From: Pseudomonadota bacterium | Lineage (GTDB): Bacteria > Myxococcota_A > UBA796 > SXON01 | Assembly: GCA_030684355.1 (NCBI GenBank) | Contig: JAUXTN010000002.1 | Location: forward strand, 28,069 to 92,068 | Length of the DNA: 64,000 nt | Direction of reading: 5' to 3' | Shown: in pieces, positions 16,308 through 25,709 of the stretch | Position numbering within the stretch: position 1 is the first letter of the stretch | How the letters are laid out: every line of letters starts with the position of its first letter | The notes under the pieces: generated by a model | Seen by the model: the letters and a program-made list of their open reading frames with translations, nothing else | Told to the model about the DNA's origin: nothing | Database searches by the model: none | Position numbers and translations under genes: made by a program

Positions 16308-18347
16308 TCACGCCGCCCCGTCCGGCGCCTCCCGCAACACCCCCGCCGCCGCCTCGACGGCCTCCCGGGTCCCCGCAAGCGCGAGCACGTCCCCGGGCCG
16401 CAGCACTTCCCGGCCGTTGGGGAGCTGGGCGTGCCCGTCCGGCCCCGTGATGGCGAGCACCGTGGCGCCGGTGCGGCTCCGCAGGTTCAGGTCGATCAGC
16501 GTGCGGCCCACGGCGGCGTCTCCGGGCGCGATGCGTACGCCGCCCGGCACGTGTGCGCCGGTGGCCGGCCGAGCGTCGACCCGCGGGCCCGCGGCGGCGT
16601 GTCGGCGCAACGAGTCGAACAGGATCTCCGCCCCCGACCGGAGCTCCCCCTGGAGGTCGGAGGCGCCGCGCCAGACTTGTGCGGCGAGTGCCAGCAACAG
16701 GAGGGAGAACACCAACGCGCCGCCGAAGGGAGGCAGGAACGGCTGGGTGGCGGCCACCACGGGCAGGCCGACGGCGAGCACGACGGCCATGCGGATGATG
16801 GCCACGAGCGTCGGGCGCCGGGCGGGGGTCCGTGTGGAGGTGCCGTCCTCGTCGACCGCCTCGGCGAGGACATCGCCGAGGCGCCCCCCCGCGCGCACGA
16901 GGCTCACGCACACGGGCGCCGCGACGGAGACTGCCAGCGCCGTGACGGTCCATCGCGCGGCCTCCCCGCCGAGCCCGAGGAGGTCGGCCGTCTTGGATGC
17001 GGCCGCCGGTCCGAAGAGGGAGTGGCTGACGGAGATCATCACGAGCACGATGGCATCGATGCAGGCGATGCGGAGGGTCGCCCGGATCCGCGCCTTCCGC
17101 CCGTCCGACGGGGGGGCCGACCGGATCTCCTCCAGCCAGCTCGCATACAGGGCCGTGAGCGTCTGGAGCGGCGCAGGGAGCGTGCGGTCCACCCGGTCCG
17201 CGACGCGATCCGCCGCGCGGATGAACGCCGGCGTGGTGAAGGCGGTGATGGCCGAGACGGCGATGGCGACCGGGTAGAGGAAGGGGCGGACGGCGCCGAG
17301 GGTCAGCCCGAGCCCGGCCAGGATGAAGGAGAACTCTCCGATCTGGGCGAGGCTCATCCCGGCCGCGACCGAGCTGCGCGTCCCATTGCCGACGAGGAAG
17401 GCGCCGCTCGAGACGGCGATCACCTTCCCGACGAGCACGACCGCGGTGAGGGCCAGGACCGACACCCAGTTCTCGGCGATCAGGGCGGGGTCGATCAACA
17501 TGCCTACGGCCACGAAGAAGATGGCCGCGAACACGTCACGCACCGGCCGGACCTGCTGCTCGATGTCGTGGCCGTGGCCCGACTCGGCGACGAGCATGCC
17601 CGCGAGGAACGCCCCGAGCGCGACCGAGTACCCGAGGACCTGGGAGGCGTGCGCGACCGCGAAGCACAGGCCGACCGCAGCCACGGTGGTCGTCTCGGGC
17701 CGCCCGAGCGCCACGATCGCCCGGAACAGGCGCGGGACGACGAGCAGGCCGACGACGAGCAGGCCCGTCAGCGCCGCACCCAGCCGGAGCCCGGCCGTAC
17801 CGAGATCCGCGAAGGTCGGCTCCCGGCCGCTCGCGAAGATCGTGAGGCCGGCCATCATCAGGATGGCGAGGAGGTCCTCGACGATGAGCACGCCGAGCAC
17901 GACGTCGCGCCGGCGACCCTGGACCCGCTGCTCCTCGAACGCCTTCGCGATGATGCTGGTGCTGGAGATCGAGACGATCGCGCCGGTGAAGAGGCACTCC
18001 AGCGGGGTCCATCCGAAGGCCCGGCCGACCAGGTAGCCGAGGCACGCCATCACGCTGACCTCGATGACCGCGATCACGCCGCCCGTCGGTGCCACCTCGG
18101 CGAGCTTGCTCATGCGGAACTCGAGCCCGATCGAGAACATGAGCAGGATCACGCCGAGCTCGGCGAGCGCCTCCACGATCGCGTGGTCGGCGATGAGGGG
18201 GATGGGGACGTGCGGCCCCACGATCAGCCCGGCGAGGATGTACCCGAGGACCACCGGCTGCCGGATGCGCTGGAACACGACCGTCGCGAGGGCGGCGACA
18301 CACAATACGAGCGAGAGGTTTACGAGGAAGTCATGCGCCGTCACCAA
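16308..18347 (-). CDS. CPA2-family cation:proton antiporter with C-terminal TrkA-C (RCK_C) domain
   Basis: 'QPVVLGYILAGLIVGPHV...LAELGVILLMFSIGLEF' is the Na+/H+ exchanger signature, with ~12 hydrophobic segments. The C-terminal 'GRTLIDLNLRSRTGATVLAITGPDG...GDVLALAG' is RCK_C-like. Confidence 0.85.
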   Translation of the reverse strand: MVTAHDFLVNLSLVLCVAALATVVFQRIRQPVVLGYILAGLIVGPHVPIPLIADHAIVEALAELGVILLMFSIGLEFRMSKLAEVAPTGGVIAVIEVSVMACLGYLVGRAFGWTPLECLFTGAIVSISSTSIIAKAFEEQRVQGRRRDVVLGVLIVEDLLAILMMAGLTIFASGREPTFADLGTAGLRLGAALTGLLVVGLLVVPRLFRAIVALGRPETTTVAAVGLCFAVAHASQVLGYSVALGAFLAGMLVAESGHGHDIEQQVRPVRDVFAAIFFVAVGMLIDPALIAENWVSVLALTAVVLVGKVIAVSSGAFLVGNGTRSSVAAGMSLAQIGEFSFILAGLGLTLGAVRPFLYPVAIAVSAITAFTTPAFIRAADRVADRVDRTLPAPLQTLTALYASWLEEIRSAPPSDGRKARIRATLRIACIDAIVLVMISVSHSLFGPAAASKTADLLGLGGEAARWTVTALAVSVAAPVCVSLVRAGGRLGDVLAEAVDEDGTSTRTPARRPTLVAIIRMAVVLAVGLPVVAATQPFLPPFGGALVFSLLLLALAAQVWRGASDLQGELRSGAEILFDSLRRHAAAGPRVDARPATGAHVPGGVRIAPGDAAVGRTLIDLNLRSRTGATVLAITGPDGHAQLPNGREVLRPGDVLALAGTREAVEAAAGVLREAPDGAA

Positions 18348-18408
18348 GCTGGGCCTCCCCCGTTCCTGTAGCGGCTTGCGGCCGCCGCGGTCCAGGCGGA
18401 CGCGCCAG

Positions 18409-20169
18409 TCAGTCCGCGTGTAGCGCGAGCTCCTCCCGGATCTCCTCGACCTGGGCGCGGATGCGCTCCTCCTCGGTGCCTTCGGCGCGGAGGAGGAACT
18501 CGGCGAGCCGGGCGGCCGCCTCCGCCTCCTCGTAGCAGGCCTCCGACACGCCCATCCGCTCCAGGAACGCGCGCTCCGTGAGGTAGCGTGCGCGAGAGAA
18601 GATCTGCACGTCCGGGTTCAGGTGGCGCGCGGCGACGATGACCGGGAGCCGCCCGGAGAGGGTCGGGAGCGTGACGACGAGGTACTTCGCGCCGGCGATG
18701 CCAGCGGCGCGCAAGATCTCCGGCTTGCCGGCGTCGCCGTAGATGGCGGTCGCCCCCTCGGCCACGAGGGTGCTCATCGTGTCGATGTTCATGTCCACGA
18801 TCACCGGCTGGATGCCGAACTCGCGCAGCAGCTTGGTGGCGGTGCGCCCCACCGGTCCGTACCCCACCACGATCGCCCGCGGAGCCTCCGCGCCGGGGGC
18901 GTGGAGGGACGCCGCGGTCTCGGCGTTGATCGCGCGTCCACGGGCCTCGGCACGCCGGTTCAGCGCGCTCCACAGACGCGGGTGCGCCCGCATCCAGGCC
19001 TCCGCCGGCCCCACGAGCCGGAAGAGGAGGGGGTTCACGCTGATCGAGAGCAGGGCTGCGGCGACGATGGCGCTCTGGCCCTCCTCCGGGAGCACCGCCA
19101 GGGCGACCGCCACCTGCGCGAGGATGAACGAGAACTCGCCGATCTGGCTTAGCCCCGCAGCGACGATGAGCCCGGTCCGCACGCTGTAGCCGCGCAGGAT
19201 CGCGATCGCGAACGCCACCAGGGGCTTCGCCACGACGATGACCGCGAGGACGCCGAGCACGAGGAGGGGCCGGCGGAGGAGGTAGGCGGGGTCGAACAGC
19301 ATCCCGACCGACACGAAGAAGAGGACGGCGAAGGCGTCACGAAAGGGGAGGGCGTCGGCGGCGGCCTGCTCGCTCACCTTGCTCTGCCCCACGACCATGC
19401 CGGCGAGGAAGGCGCCCAGCGCCATCGAGGCCCCGAACACGACCGCGGACCCGGCGGCGATGGCGAGCGCGAGCGAGAGCACCGCGAGGGTGAACAGCTC
19501 ACGGGACCGCGTGCGCGCGACCCGCGTGAGCAACCAGGGGATCACTTTCCCCCCGGCTCCGAGGACGAGCACCGGGAGAAGCGCGAGCTTGAGGACGGCG
19601 AGGCCGATCGCGCTGAGGAACGCGCCCGGGCCGGCCGCGCCGGTGGCGAGAGCGGACACGAGGACCGGCAGGACGACGAGGACGAGGACCGTGAAGAGGT
19701 CCTCCACGATCAGCCAGCCCACGGCGATGCGCCCCGCGGACGTGTCGAGGAGGCCCTCCTCCTCGAGCCCGCGGATGAGGACCACGGTGCTCGCCACCGA
19801 GATCGCCGTACCGAGGACGAGGCCCCCGACGAGGTTCCAGCCGCTCGCCCACGCGACGGCTGCACCGAGGGCGGTCGCGACCGCGCTCTGGGCGACCGCG
19901 CCGGGAACGGCGATGCCGCGCACCGCGAGCAGGTCCTTCGGGTGGAAGTGCAGCCCGACGCCGAACATCAGGAGCACGACGCCCACCTCGGCGAGCTGGG
20001 CGGCGATCCGCGCGTCGGCGACCGGCCCCGGCGTGAAGGGCCCGGCGACCACGCCCGCGAGCAGGTAGCCGAGGATCGGCGAGAGCCCCGCGCGCTGGCT
20101 GGCGTAGCCGAGGGCGAGCGCCGCCGTCAGGCCGATGGTCAGGGTGAAGACGAGGGAAAGGTCGTGCAT
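18409..20169 (-). CDS. CPA2-family cation:proton antiporter with TrkA-N (RCK_N) domain, YbaL/KefB-like
   Basis: Start at MHDLSL (20169), chosen by analogy with the E. coli YbaL N-terminus; ATGs at 20196/20190 are possible. 'SPILGYLLAGVVAGPFTPG...LAEVGVVLLMFGVGLHF'. Rossmann 'IVVGYGPVGRTATKLL'. Confidence 0.85.
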   Translation of the reverse strand: MHDLSLVFTLTIGLTAALALGYASQRAGLSPILGYLLAGVVAGPFTPGPVADARIAAQLAEVGVVLLMFGVGLHFHPKDLLAVRGIAVPGAVAQSAVATALGAAVAWASGWNLVGGLVLGTAISVASTVVLIRGLEEEGLLDTSAGRIAVGWLIVEDLFTVLVLVVLPVLVSALATGAAGPGAFLSAIGLAVLKLALLPVLVLGAGGKVIPWLLTRVARTRSRELFTLAVLSLALAIAAGSAVVFGASMALGAFLAGMVVGQSKVSEQAAADALPFRDAFAVLFFVSVGMLFDPAYLLRRPLLVLGVLAVIVVAKPLVAFAIAILRGYSVRTGLIVAAGLSQIGEFSFILAQVAVALAVLPEEGQSAIVAAALLSISVNPLLFRLVGPAEAWMRAHPRLWSALNRRAEARGRAINAETAASLHAPGAEAPRAIVVGYGPVGRTATKLLREFGIQPVIVDMNIDTMSTLVAEGATAIYGDAGKPEILRAAGIAGAKYLVVTLPTLSGRLPVIVAARHLNPDVQIFSRARYLTERAFLERMGVSEACYEEAEAAARLAEFLLRAEGTEEERIRAQVEEIREELALHAD

Positions 20170-20320
20170 CGCGGGGCGTCCACTCGACATAGGCACCGGT
20201 GGCTCGGGGCCGTCGAGGCCTTCGCGCCCCCCCTTCGCCGCCTGGTCGGCGTGCTAGAGACTCGCGGAGGTCGTGCTGTCCTGTCGCCACGACGGTCCCA
20301 TCTTGCGGGTGGAGGGTTCC

Positions 20321-21004
20321 ATGTCCCGCTTGTTCGTACTTGCCCTCTTTGGCGTGGCGTGTGGCGTGGCGTGTGGCAGGGGCGAAGCCCTCGAGGAGGG
20401 GGCGGATGTGCTCCAGTCCACAAAACCGATCGAGCAGATCGACATCTTCGTCAACGGCTTCCACTACGCGTCGGGCGACATGTCGATGCAGGAGGAGGCG
20501 AACCACTACTGCAGCCGCAAGGAGGACGGGCTGATCCAGTGCGTGCTCTACGACGGGACGGAGCCCGACGCGAACATGATCGGGATCGAGCACATCGTCT
20601 CGCGCGAGGTCTTCGACGCGCTCTCGGCCGACGAGAAGGCGCTTTGGCACCCCCACACCTACGAGGTGAAGTCGGGCGCCCTGATCGCGCCCGGCCTGCC
20701 GCCCGCCGCGGAGCACGAGCTGATGGAGATGCTCGTCAGCACGTACGGCAAGACCTGGCACGTGTGGCATCCCGGCGAGACCGACCTGCCAGAAGGCACG
20801 TCCACCCTGATGAAGGGCTTCTACGCCGACGGCCAGCTCGATCCCGGGCTGCTACGCGCGCGGGACGAGCGCTTCGGCGTCGACGCCGCCGAATTGGCCC
20901 GGCAACGCGCGGACATCGAGGATCCCGGCTTCGACGAGGTCGTGCTCGAGGAGCCCCGGGTGGGCGTCTGCGAGGACGGCGTGGGTCCGGGCCCGCGCGG
21001 GTAG
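20321..21004 (+). CDS. DUF1264/OBAP-family lipoprotein
   Basis: ATG 20321 gives MSRLFVLALFGVACGVAC (signal plus lipobox). 'FHYASGDMSMQEEANHYC...MIGIEHIVS...LWHPHTYEV...YGKTWHVWH' resembles the DUF1264 family. Confidence 0.65.
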   Translation: MSRLFVLALFGVACGVACGRGEALEEGADVLQSTKPIEQIDIFVNGFHYASGDMSMQEEANHYCSRKEDGLIQCVLYDGTEPDANMIGIEHIVSREVFDALSADEKALWHPHTYEVKSGALIAPGLPPAAEHELMEMLVSTYGKTWHVWHPGETDLPEGTSTLMKGFYADGQLDPGLLRARDERFGVDAAELARQRADIEDPGFDEVVLEEPRVGVCEDGVGPGPRG

Positions 21005-21015
21005 AGCAGCGCCCG

Positions 21016-21612
21016 TCAGGTCCGCACCTCCCGCCGCATGGCCTCCAACACGAGCCCGCGGAGCTCGACGGGCACGGGGCGCTCGCTTGCCACGCGCAGG
21101 GAGCGCGCGCTGGCGTTGATGAACACGCTCGTGCTCACGCGCGACGCGCGTTGGATGTGGAACCGGCTGGCGAGCGCGGCGGTGATGAACGGGCCTTCAC
21201 CGACGGGCCCGAAGGGGAGCCCGGAGTCGCGGAGCCAGCTCGCGACCCGCTCGACCAGCGCGGAGCTCGTCGCCTCGCGGTGGAGCCCCGCGCGTGGCTG
21301 CATGTTCGCCAGGAACACGCGGCACACGATGAACTCGACGACGGCCCGCTCCGCGAGCAGGCACGCGCGCAGCCGTTGGTGCTCGGGGTCGAGCGCGAGG
21401 GTATCGAGGGAGGGCGGGGGCGCGGCCAGGCCGCGGTAGTGGAGGAGGGGATGGGCCTCTACGTGCGGGCGCAGACGGGCGCGCTCGACGTCGATGCGGG
21501 TGTCGAGGTTGGCCGGAGGGTCGCAGGCAGCGCTGGTGCGCTCGATGTCTGCGTGCCGTGCGGGCTGGGTGGGCGTCACCCGCCGAGGATGCGCCTCGGA
21601 CGCCACTCGCAC
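21016..21612 (-). CDS. hypothetical protein (~198 aa; GTG start at 21612 or 21606 is tentative)
   Basis: The C-terminal ~190 codons of ORF 21016..22092 have normal composition. The upstream part of that ORF crosses an AT-richer non-coding stretch and the end of the neighbouring gene. No family recognised. Confidence 0.45.
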   Translation of the reverse strand: MRVASEAHPRRVTPTQPARHADIERTSAACDPPANLDTRIDVERARLRPHVEAHPLLHYRGLAAPPPSLDTLALDPEHQRLRACLLAERAVVEFIVCRVFLANMQPRAGLHREATSSALVERVASWLRDSGLPFGPVGEGPFITAALASRFHIQRASRVSTSVFINASARSLRVASERPVPVELRGLVLEAMRREVRT

Positions 21613-21653
21613 TGTGCCTAGACAATCGAATGACGCGCTGTTGACCGATATTT

Positions 21654-21669
21654 TGCACGCGTCGGACCA
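21654..21669 (-). promoter_or_regulatory. candidate sigma-54 promoter (TGGTCC-N5-GTGCA on the minus strand)
   Basis: The GG and GC dinucleotides have the canonical -24/-12 spacing. The site lies ~40 nt upstream of the tentative GTG at 21612. Confidence 0.3.
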
Positions 21670-21874
21670 TTGAGCGTGATCGTTCCGAAATGCTCGCGAT
21701 CGCACCGCTTCTTTCAGGGTAGTTTTCGGGCTTCCACCAGGATGGGAATCGCGTTGGCCGACCGCCGGCGCGCACCGATCGGCCCGTCCGTCTCGACGGA
21801 GAGGCGCGCGGTGGCCCACGCGGCGGCCTACGCGGTGGTGGAGGCTCCGCGGCTCGCCGGGATCCCCGCGTCGA

Positions 21875-23338
21875 TCAGGACGCCCCCGGCCGGCGCCCCC
21901 GGCCCGTCCGTCCCCGGAGCATCGCCAGCGCCGCCAGCCCGGCCAGGCCGGCGACTCCACCCCCGCCCGTGGTGTCGCACGACGACGGCGCCGGCTCGCC
22001 CGCGGTGAACAGGCACCGGCTGATCGGGAAGAGCACGTCCGCGGCGACGTACAGGTAGTACTGCTTGCCGTCGACGAGCGCCTCCGGCGCACCCGACGTG
22101 GGCCATTGTTGTGTCATCCCGTCGGGGGTCTGCCCGTAGGTGACGGTCTCCGAGAACACCGGCGTGCCATCTTCCGGCACGTCGATGCGCCAGATGGTGC
22201 CGTCCGGCAGGTCGAGGTTCGGCGGCACGGTCGGCGGGAGGGAGCCCGCTTCCATGACGTAGACGTAGCGGGCGCGGCCGGGCAGCCACCGGATCGTGCC
22301 ATCGTCCGCCACGCCCTCCTCCTCCGAGCAGGCCTCGGCGACGAAGGCGAGCTGCTCGTCGAGCGGACCGGCGCCGCCGTAGGTCAGGCCCGCGAAGTCC
22401 GCGGGGGTGAGCCCGCGGTTTGCCAGCTCTGCCTCGAAGATCGCGATCATGCGGTCGGGATCGGTGGTGGGGATGACGGAGAGGTTCGGGTTCTCCGGGG
22501 AGGAGCGCCAGAAGCCGTTGTTCTCCTCGGGCGGGTAGGTCCCGAAGCCGATGGTGGGGATCCACCCGGCGCCCATGGCCAGGCCGTTGTCGTGGAATTG
22601 CGTCAGGAGGTTCCCCTCGAAGTCCGCGTCGAAGACGGCGGCGCCGACCCCCTTGGCGCTGGCGTGGCAGCACTCGCACGCACCGGCGCGGATCTGGGTG
22701 CGCACCCAGTCGACCTCGGCGACGTAGGTCGGATCGTCCATGCGCGGGTCGTCCTCGAGCGAGCGGGCATCCGCCTCGGCCGCGGAGAAGCCACGTTGGC
22801 GGATGACCGTGTCACATTCCGCATAGTCGGTGAAGGAGCGGCCGTCCTCCGTGGCACCGGAGACGACCTCCCAGGTGCAGACCTGCCCGCCCTCGGACTG
22901 CCCCGCCGGCTCGTCCGGGAGCGGGTCGACGCAGACGCGGACCGGCTGGGGGAAGGGGTCCTCGAGCACGGCGATCTCCTCGTTGCCATCACAGGTCGGG
23001 CCGGGCTCCCAGTCGCCCTTGGCGAAGAACTCGCACCCGAACTTGTTGGTGCCGCAGCGATCGGGGGCGTCGGCGTCGACGTAGGTGCGGAGCTGCACGT
23101 CCCCGTCGCTGTAGGTGCAGGTCCCCATGAGCTCCTCGACGTTGCAGGACGCGTCGGGCTCGAAGGTCGAGAGGAGCTCGACGCAGTCGCTCTCCGCGTA
23201 GTCGGCGTCCGCCGAGTAGTACTCGCGGCATTCCAGCTCGCTGGAGAAGGGGCTCGTGTACGAGCAACTCCCGATGGGCGCCCCCTCGAGGACCGTCGTA
23301 CCGCCGCCGCAGGCCGTGAGAAGGAGGAGGAGGGTCAT
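21875..23338 (-). CDS. Cys-rich lipoprotein with CxxCH motif and MYXO-CTERM-type C-terminal sorting tag
   Basis: 'MTLLLLLTAC' is a lipobox. 'RAGACECCHASAKG' contains C-E-C-C-H (CxxCH). The C-terminus 'CDTTGGGGVAGLAGLAALAMLRGRTGRGRR' has Cys, a Gly run, a hydrophobic helix and an Arg cluster. Confidence 0.8.
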   Translation of the reverse strand: MTLLLLLTACGGGTTVLEGAPIGSCSYTSPFSSELECREYYSADADYAESDCVELLSTFEPDASCNVEELMGTCTYSDGDVQLRTYVDADAPDRCGTNKFGCEFFAKGDWEPGPTCDGNEEIAVLEDPFPQPVRVCVDPLPDEPAGQSEGGQVCTWEVVSGATEDGRSFTDYAECDTVIRQRGFSAAEADARSLEDDPRMDDPTYVAEVDWVRTQIRAGACECCHASAKGVGAAVFDADFEGNLLTQFHDNGLAMGAGWIPTIGFGTYPPEENNGFWRSSPENPNLSVIPTTDPDRMIAIFEAELANRGLTPADFAGLTYGGAGPLDEQLAFVAEACSEEEGVADDGTIRWLPGRARYVYVMEAGSLPPTVPPNLDLPDGTIWRIDVPEDGTPVFSETVTYGQTPDGMTQQWPTSGAPEALVDGKQYYLYVAADVLFPISRCLFTAGEPAPSSCDTTGGGGVAGLAGLAALAMLRGRTGRGRRPGAS

Positions 23339-23365
23339 CGTGGGCTCCGGAGATGGACTGTCGGT

Positions 23366-23399
23366 GTTGATGGATTATCATATACGTCAGTCTATCAAC
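23366..23399. promoter_or_regulatory. inverted repeat GTTGATGGA-N16-TCTATCAAC, candidate TetR operator
   Basis: 8/9 complementary arms read directly in the AT-rich 90-bp divergent region upstream of the TetR gene. Confidence 0.35.
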
Positions 23400-23428
23400 G
23401 TAGTCAAGCTACAGGTTAGGATCTGGAC

Positions 23429-24055
23429 ATGGCCCGCAAGGTCGGCGACAAGAACCGCGATTTCGAGCGAAAGCGCGAGCAGATCCTCGATGCGCTGCAG
23501 GTGCGCCTGCTGCGGGAGGACGCCGCCCGCATCACCATGAACGAGATGGCGGTCGCGGCGGACGTGAGCCTCTCCACCCTCCGCCACCACTTCGGGACCC
23601 GCTCCGACGTCGTCGCGGCCGTGCTCGAGCGGCTCGGGCGCCTCGGCGCCCCCTACATCGCGTCCGCCGTCGCCCCGCCCGAGGGCGACGTGCAGAGCTC
23701 GCTCACCTGGCTCCTCCACTCGCTGCTTCGCGGCCTGCAGTACGGCCTCTCCGACATGATGGGGATGGGGATCAGCCTCGGCATGCGCGACCCGACCGTG
23801 GGCCCCGCCTTCCTGCAGACCATCCTCGAGCCCGTGCTCCAGAGCGTGGAGGCGCGGCTCGAGCACCACGTCCGCTCCGGCGAGCTCGTCGCCACCACCG
23901 ACGTGCGCCTCGCCGCGCTCACGCTCGTGTCGCCGCTCCTGCTCGGGACGCTCCACCAACGCGGGCTCTGCGGGGACACCGTGCGGCCGCTCCAGCTCGA
24001 CGGCATGGTGGCCGCCCAGGTGCGCCACTTCCTCCGCGGTTACGCCGCGGCCTGA
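23429..24055 (+). CDS. TetR/AcrR-family transcriptional regulator
   Basis: N-terminal HTH 'ITMNEMAVAADVSLSTLRHHFGTRSDVV'; 208 aa all-helical pattern. Confidence 0.85.
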   Translation: MARKVGDKNRDFERKREQILDALQVRLLREDAARITMNEMAVAADVSLSTLRHHFGTRSDVVAAVLERLGRLGAPYIASAVAPPEGDVQSSLTWLLHSLLRGLQYGLSDMMGMGISLGMRDPTVGPAFLQTILEPVLQSVEARLEHHVRSGELVATTDVRLAALTLVSPLLLGTLHQRGLCGDTVRPLQLDGMVAAQVRHFLRGYAAA

Positions 24056-24398
24056 ATCCCCCGGTCGTCGCGGACGCATCGGCGTACGTGCAGGACTCCG
24101 GTGACACCCTCCAGGTGCGCGCCGCCGGCACCGCCGCGGTGGACGAGGCGGAGGTGGGTGGATGGGCACCGCGTGGCTCTCGGACCGCGGGCGTCGACCC
24201 GATCGGGGGGATGGTGCTGGCAGCCGCGCTCGTGGGCCTGCCCGCGCGGCGGCGGCGGACGGCGCCCTGACGATGCGAGCCGTCGGTGGAGGGGATACCC
24301 TGCCGGACCCGACGCCACCCCTCGAGACCAGCTTGACCTCTCCCTCCGGGCCCCCCGCCGCGCAGACCCAGACGAGCGGGCCCGCCGTCCCCGCTCCG

Positions 24399-25709
24399 AT
24401 GCTCGAAGCCTGGGGCCGCCTGCCCGCGCCGGGCACGGAGCAGCTCGGGTCTGACCTCGCCGCCGCGACCGTCGGGGCGGTGCTGACGCGGGGCATGGGC
24501 CGCTCCTACGGCGACTCGTCCCTCCCGGCGCGGCCGGGCGACAAGGTCGTGGCCACGCGCCTCGCGGACCGCATCCTCGCGTTCGACCCCGCCACCGGCG
24601 TCGTCCGCTGCGAGGCCGGCGTCTGCCTCGCCGAGCTCAACCGCCTGTACATGCCGCGCGGCTGGTTCACCCCGGTCACCCCCGGGACCAAGTTCGTGAC
24701 CGTCGGCGGGATGGTCGCGAGCGACGTGCACGGCAAGAACCACCACCGGGAGGGTTGCTTCGGCGCGCACGTGCGCTGGCTGCGGATGCGGCTCGCCGAC
24801 GACAGCATCGTGGTGTGCAGCCCGTCCGAGAGCCAGGACCTCTACTACGGGACCATCGGCGGCATGGGCCTGCTCGGCCACATCCTGGAGGTCGAGTTCG
24901 TGATGCACCGCATCCCGAGCGCCTGGGTGTGGATGGAGAGCGAGCGGGTGCCCGACCTCGACACGTTCCTGGCGGCGCTCGGCCGCACGGCCCCCGAGTG
25001 GCCGATGACGATGGGGTGGATCGACTGCGTGAGCCGCGGGCGCTCGATGGGGCGTGGCATCCTGATGGCGGGGCGTTGGGCCGAGGCCGGCGAGGCCCGG
25101 CAGTCGGCACCCAAGTCGGGCCCGCTCGCGACCCTGCCCTTCGAGTTCCCGAATTGGGCGATCAACCCGCTCACCGTCAGCACCTTCAACACCGCCTACT
25201 ATTGGAAGCACGTCCGTCACCAGGCCCGTGGCCTGGTGAGCCCCGAGCCGTTCTTCTACCCGCTCGACGCCGTGTTGCACTGGAACAAGGTGTATGGGTC
25301 CCGGGGCTTCACCCAGTACCAGTGTGTCCTGCCACGTGCCGCGGGCGCCCCCGCCGTGCGCGAGTTCATGGACCTCCTCACCCGCCTCGGCGGCGCCTCT
25401 CCGCTCTGCGTCATCAAGGACTGCGGCCCGGAGGGCAAGGGCCTCCTGTCGTTCCCGATGGAGGGCACGTCCATCGCGGTCGACATGGCGGTCTCCCCGG
25501 AGATCCAACGCATCGTGGACCGCCTCAACGAATTCGTCATCGCCGCGGGGGGCCGCATCTACCTCACCAAGGACCGCTTCACGCGCCCCGAGCACTTCAG
25601 TGCGATGGAGCCCCGCCTGCCGGCGTTCCTGGCGGTGCGGGAGAAGTACGATCCCGAGCGGCGCCTGCGCAGCGCCCAATCCGTGCGCCTGTTGGGAGAC
25701 CGAGCATGA
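24399..25709 (+). CDS. FAD-dependent oxidoreductase, DprE1-like (decaprenylphosphoryl-ribose 2'-oxidase family); alternative start at 24273
   Basis: 'LEAWGRLP...LTRGMGRSYGDSSL...FTPVTPGTKFVTVGGMVASDVHGKNHH...YGTIGGMGLLGHILEVEF...IYLTKDRFTRPEHFSAMEPRLPAFLAVREKYDP' parallels my memory of mycobacterial DprE1. Confidence 0.75.
   Translation: MLEAWGRLPAPGTEQLGSDLAAATVGAVLTRGMGRSYGDSSLPARPGDKVVATRLADRILAFDPATGVVRCEAGVCLAELNRLYMPRGWFTPVTPGTKFVTVGGMVASDVHGKNHHREGCFGAHVRWLRMRLADDSIVVCSPSESQDLYYGTIGGMGLLGHILEVEFVMHRIPSAWVWMESERVPDLDTFLAALGRTAPEWPMTMGWIDCVSRGRSMGRGILMAGRWAEAGEARQSAPKSGPLATLPFEFPNWAINPLTVSTFNTAYYWKHVRHQARGLVSPEPFFYPLDAVLHWNKVYGSRGFTQYQCVLPRAAGAPAVREFMDLLTRLGGASPLCVIKDCGPEGKGLLSFPMEGTSIAVDMAVSPEIQRIVDRLNEFVIAAGGRIYLTKDRFTRPEHFSAMEPRLPAFLAVREKYDPERRLRSAQSVRLLGDRA

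Noticed and set aside
16215-18371. 718-codon plus-strand ORF, and 17536..18303 minus alternative frame
   Set aside because: It is a shadow of the CPA2 antiporter. The translation is Arg/Asp/Gly/Glu-rich with no hydrophobic segments, whereas the chosen frame has ~12 TM helices.
24056-24398. Possible gene in the 340-bp gap after tetR, or the longer DprE1-like starts at 24162/24273
   Set aside because: The translations there are Pro/Ala/Arg/Thr low-complexity, and homologues as I remember them begin near the 'WGR' motif. The 24273 start remains possible and is noted in the feature.
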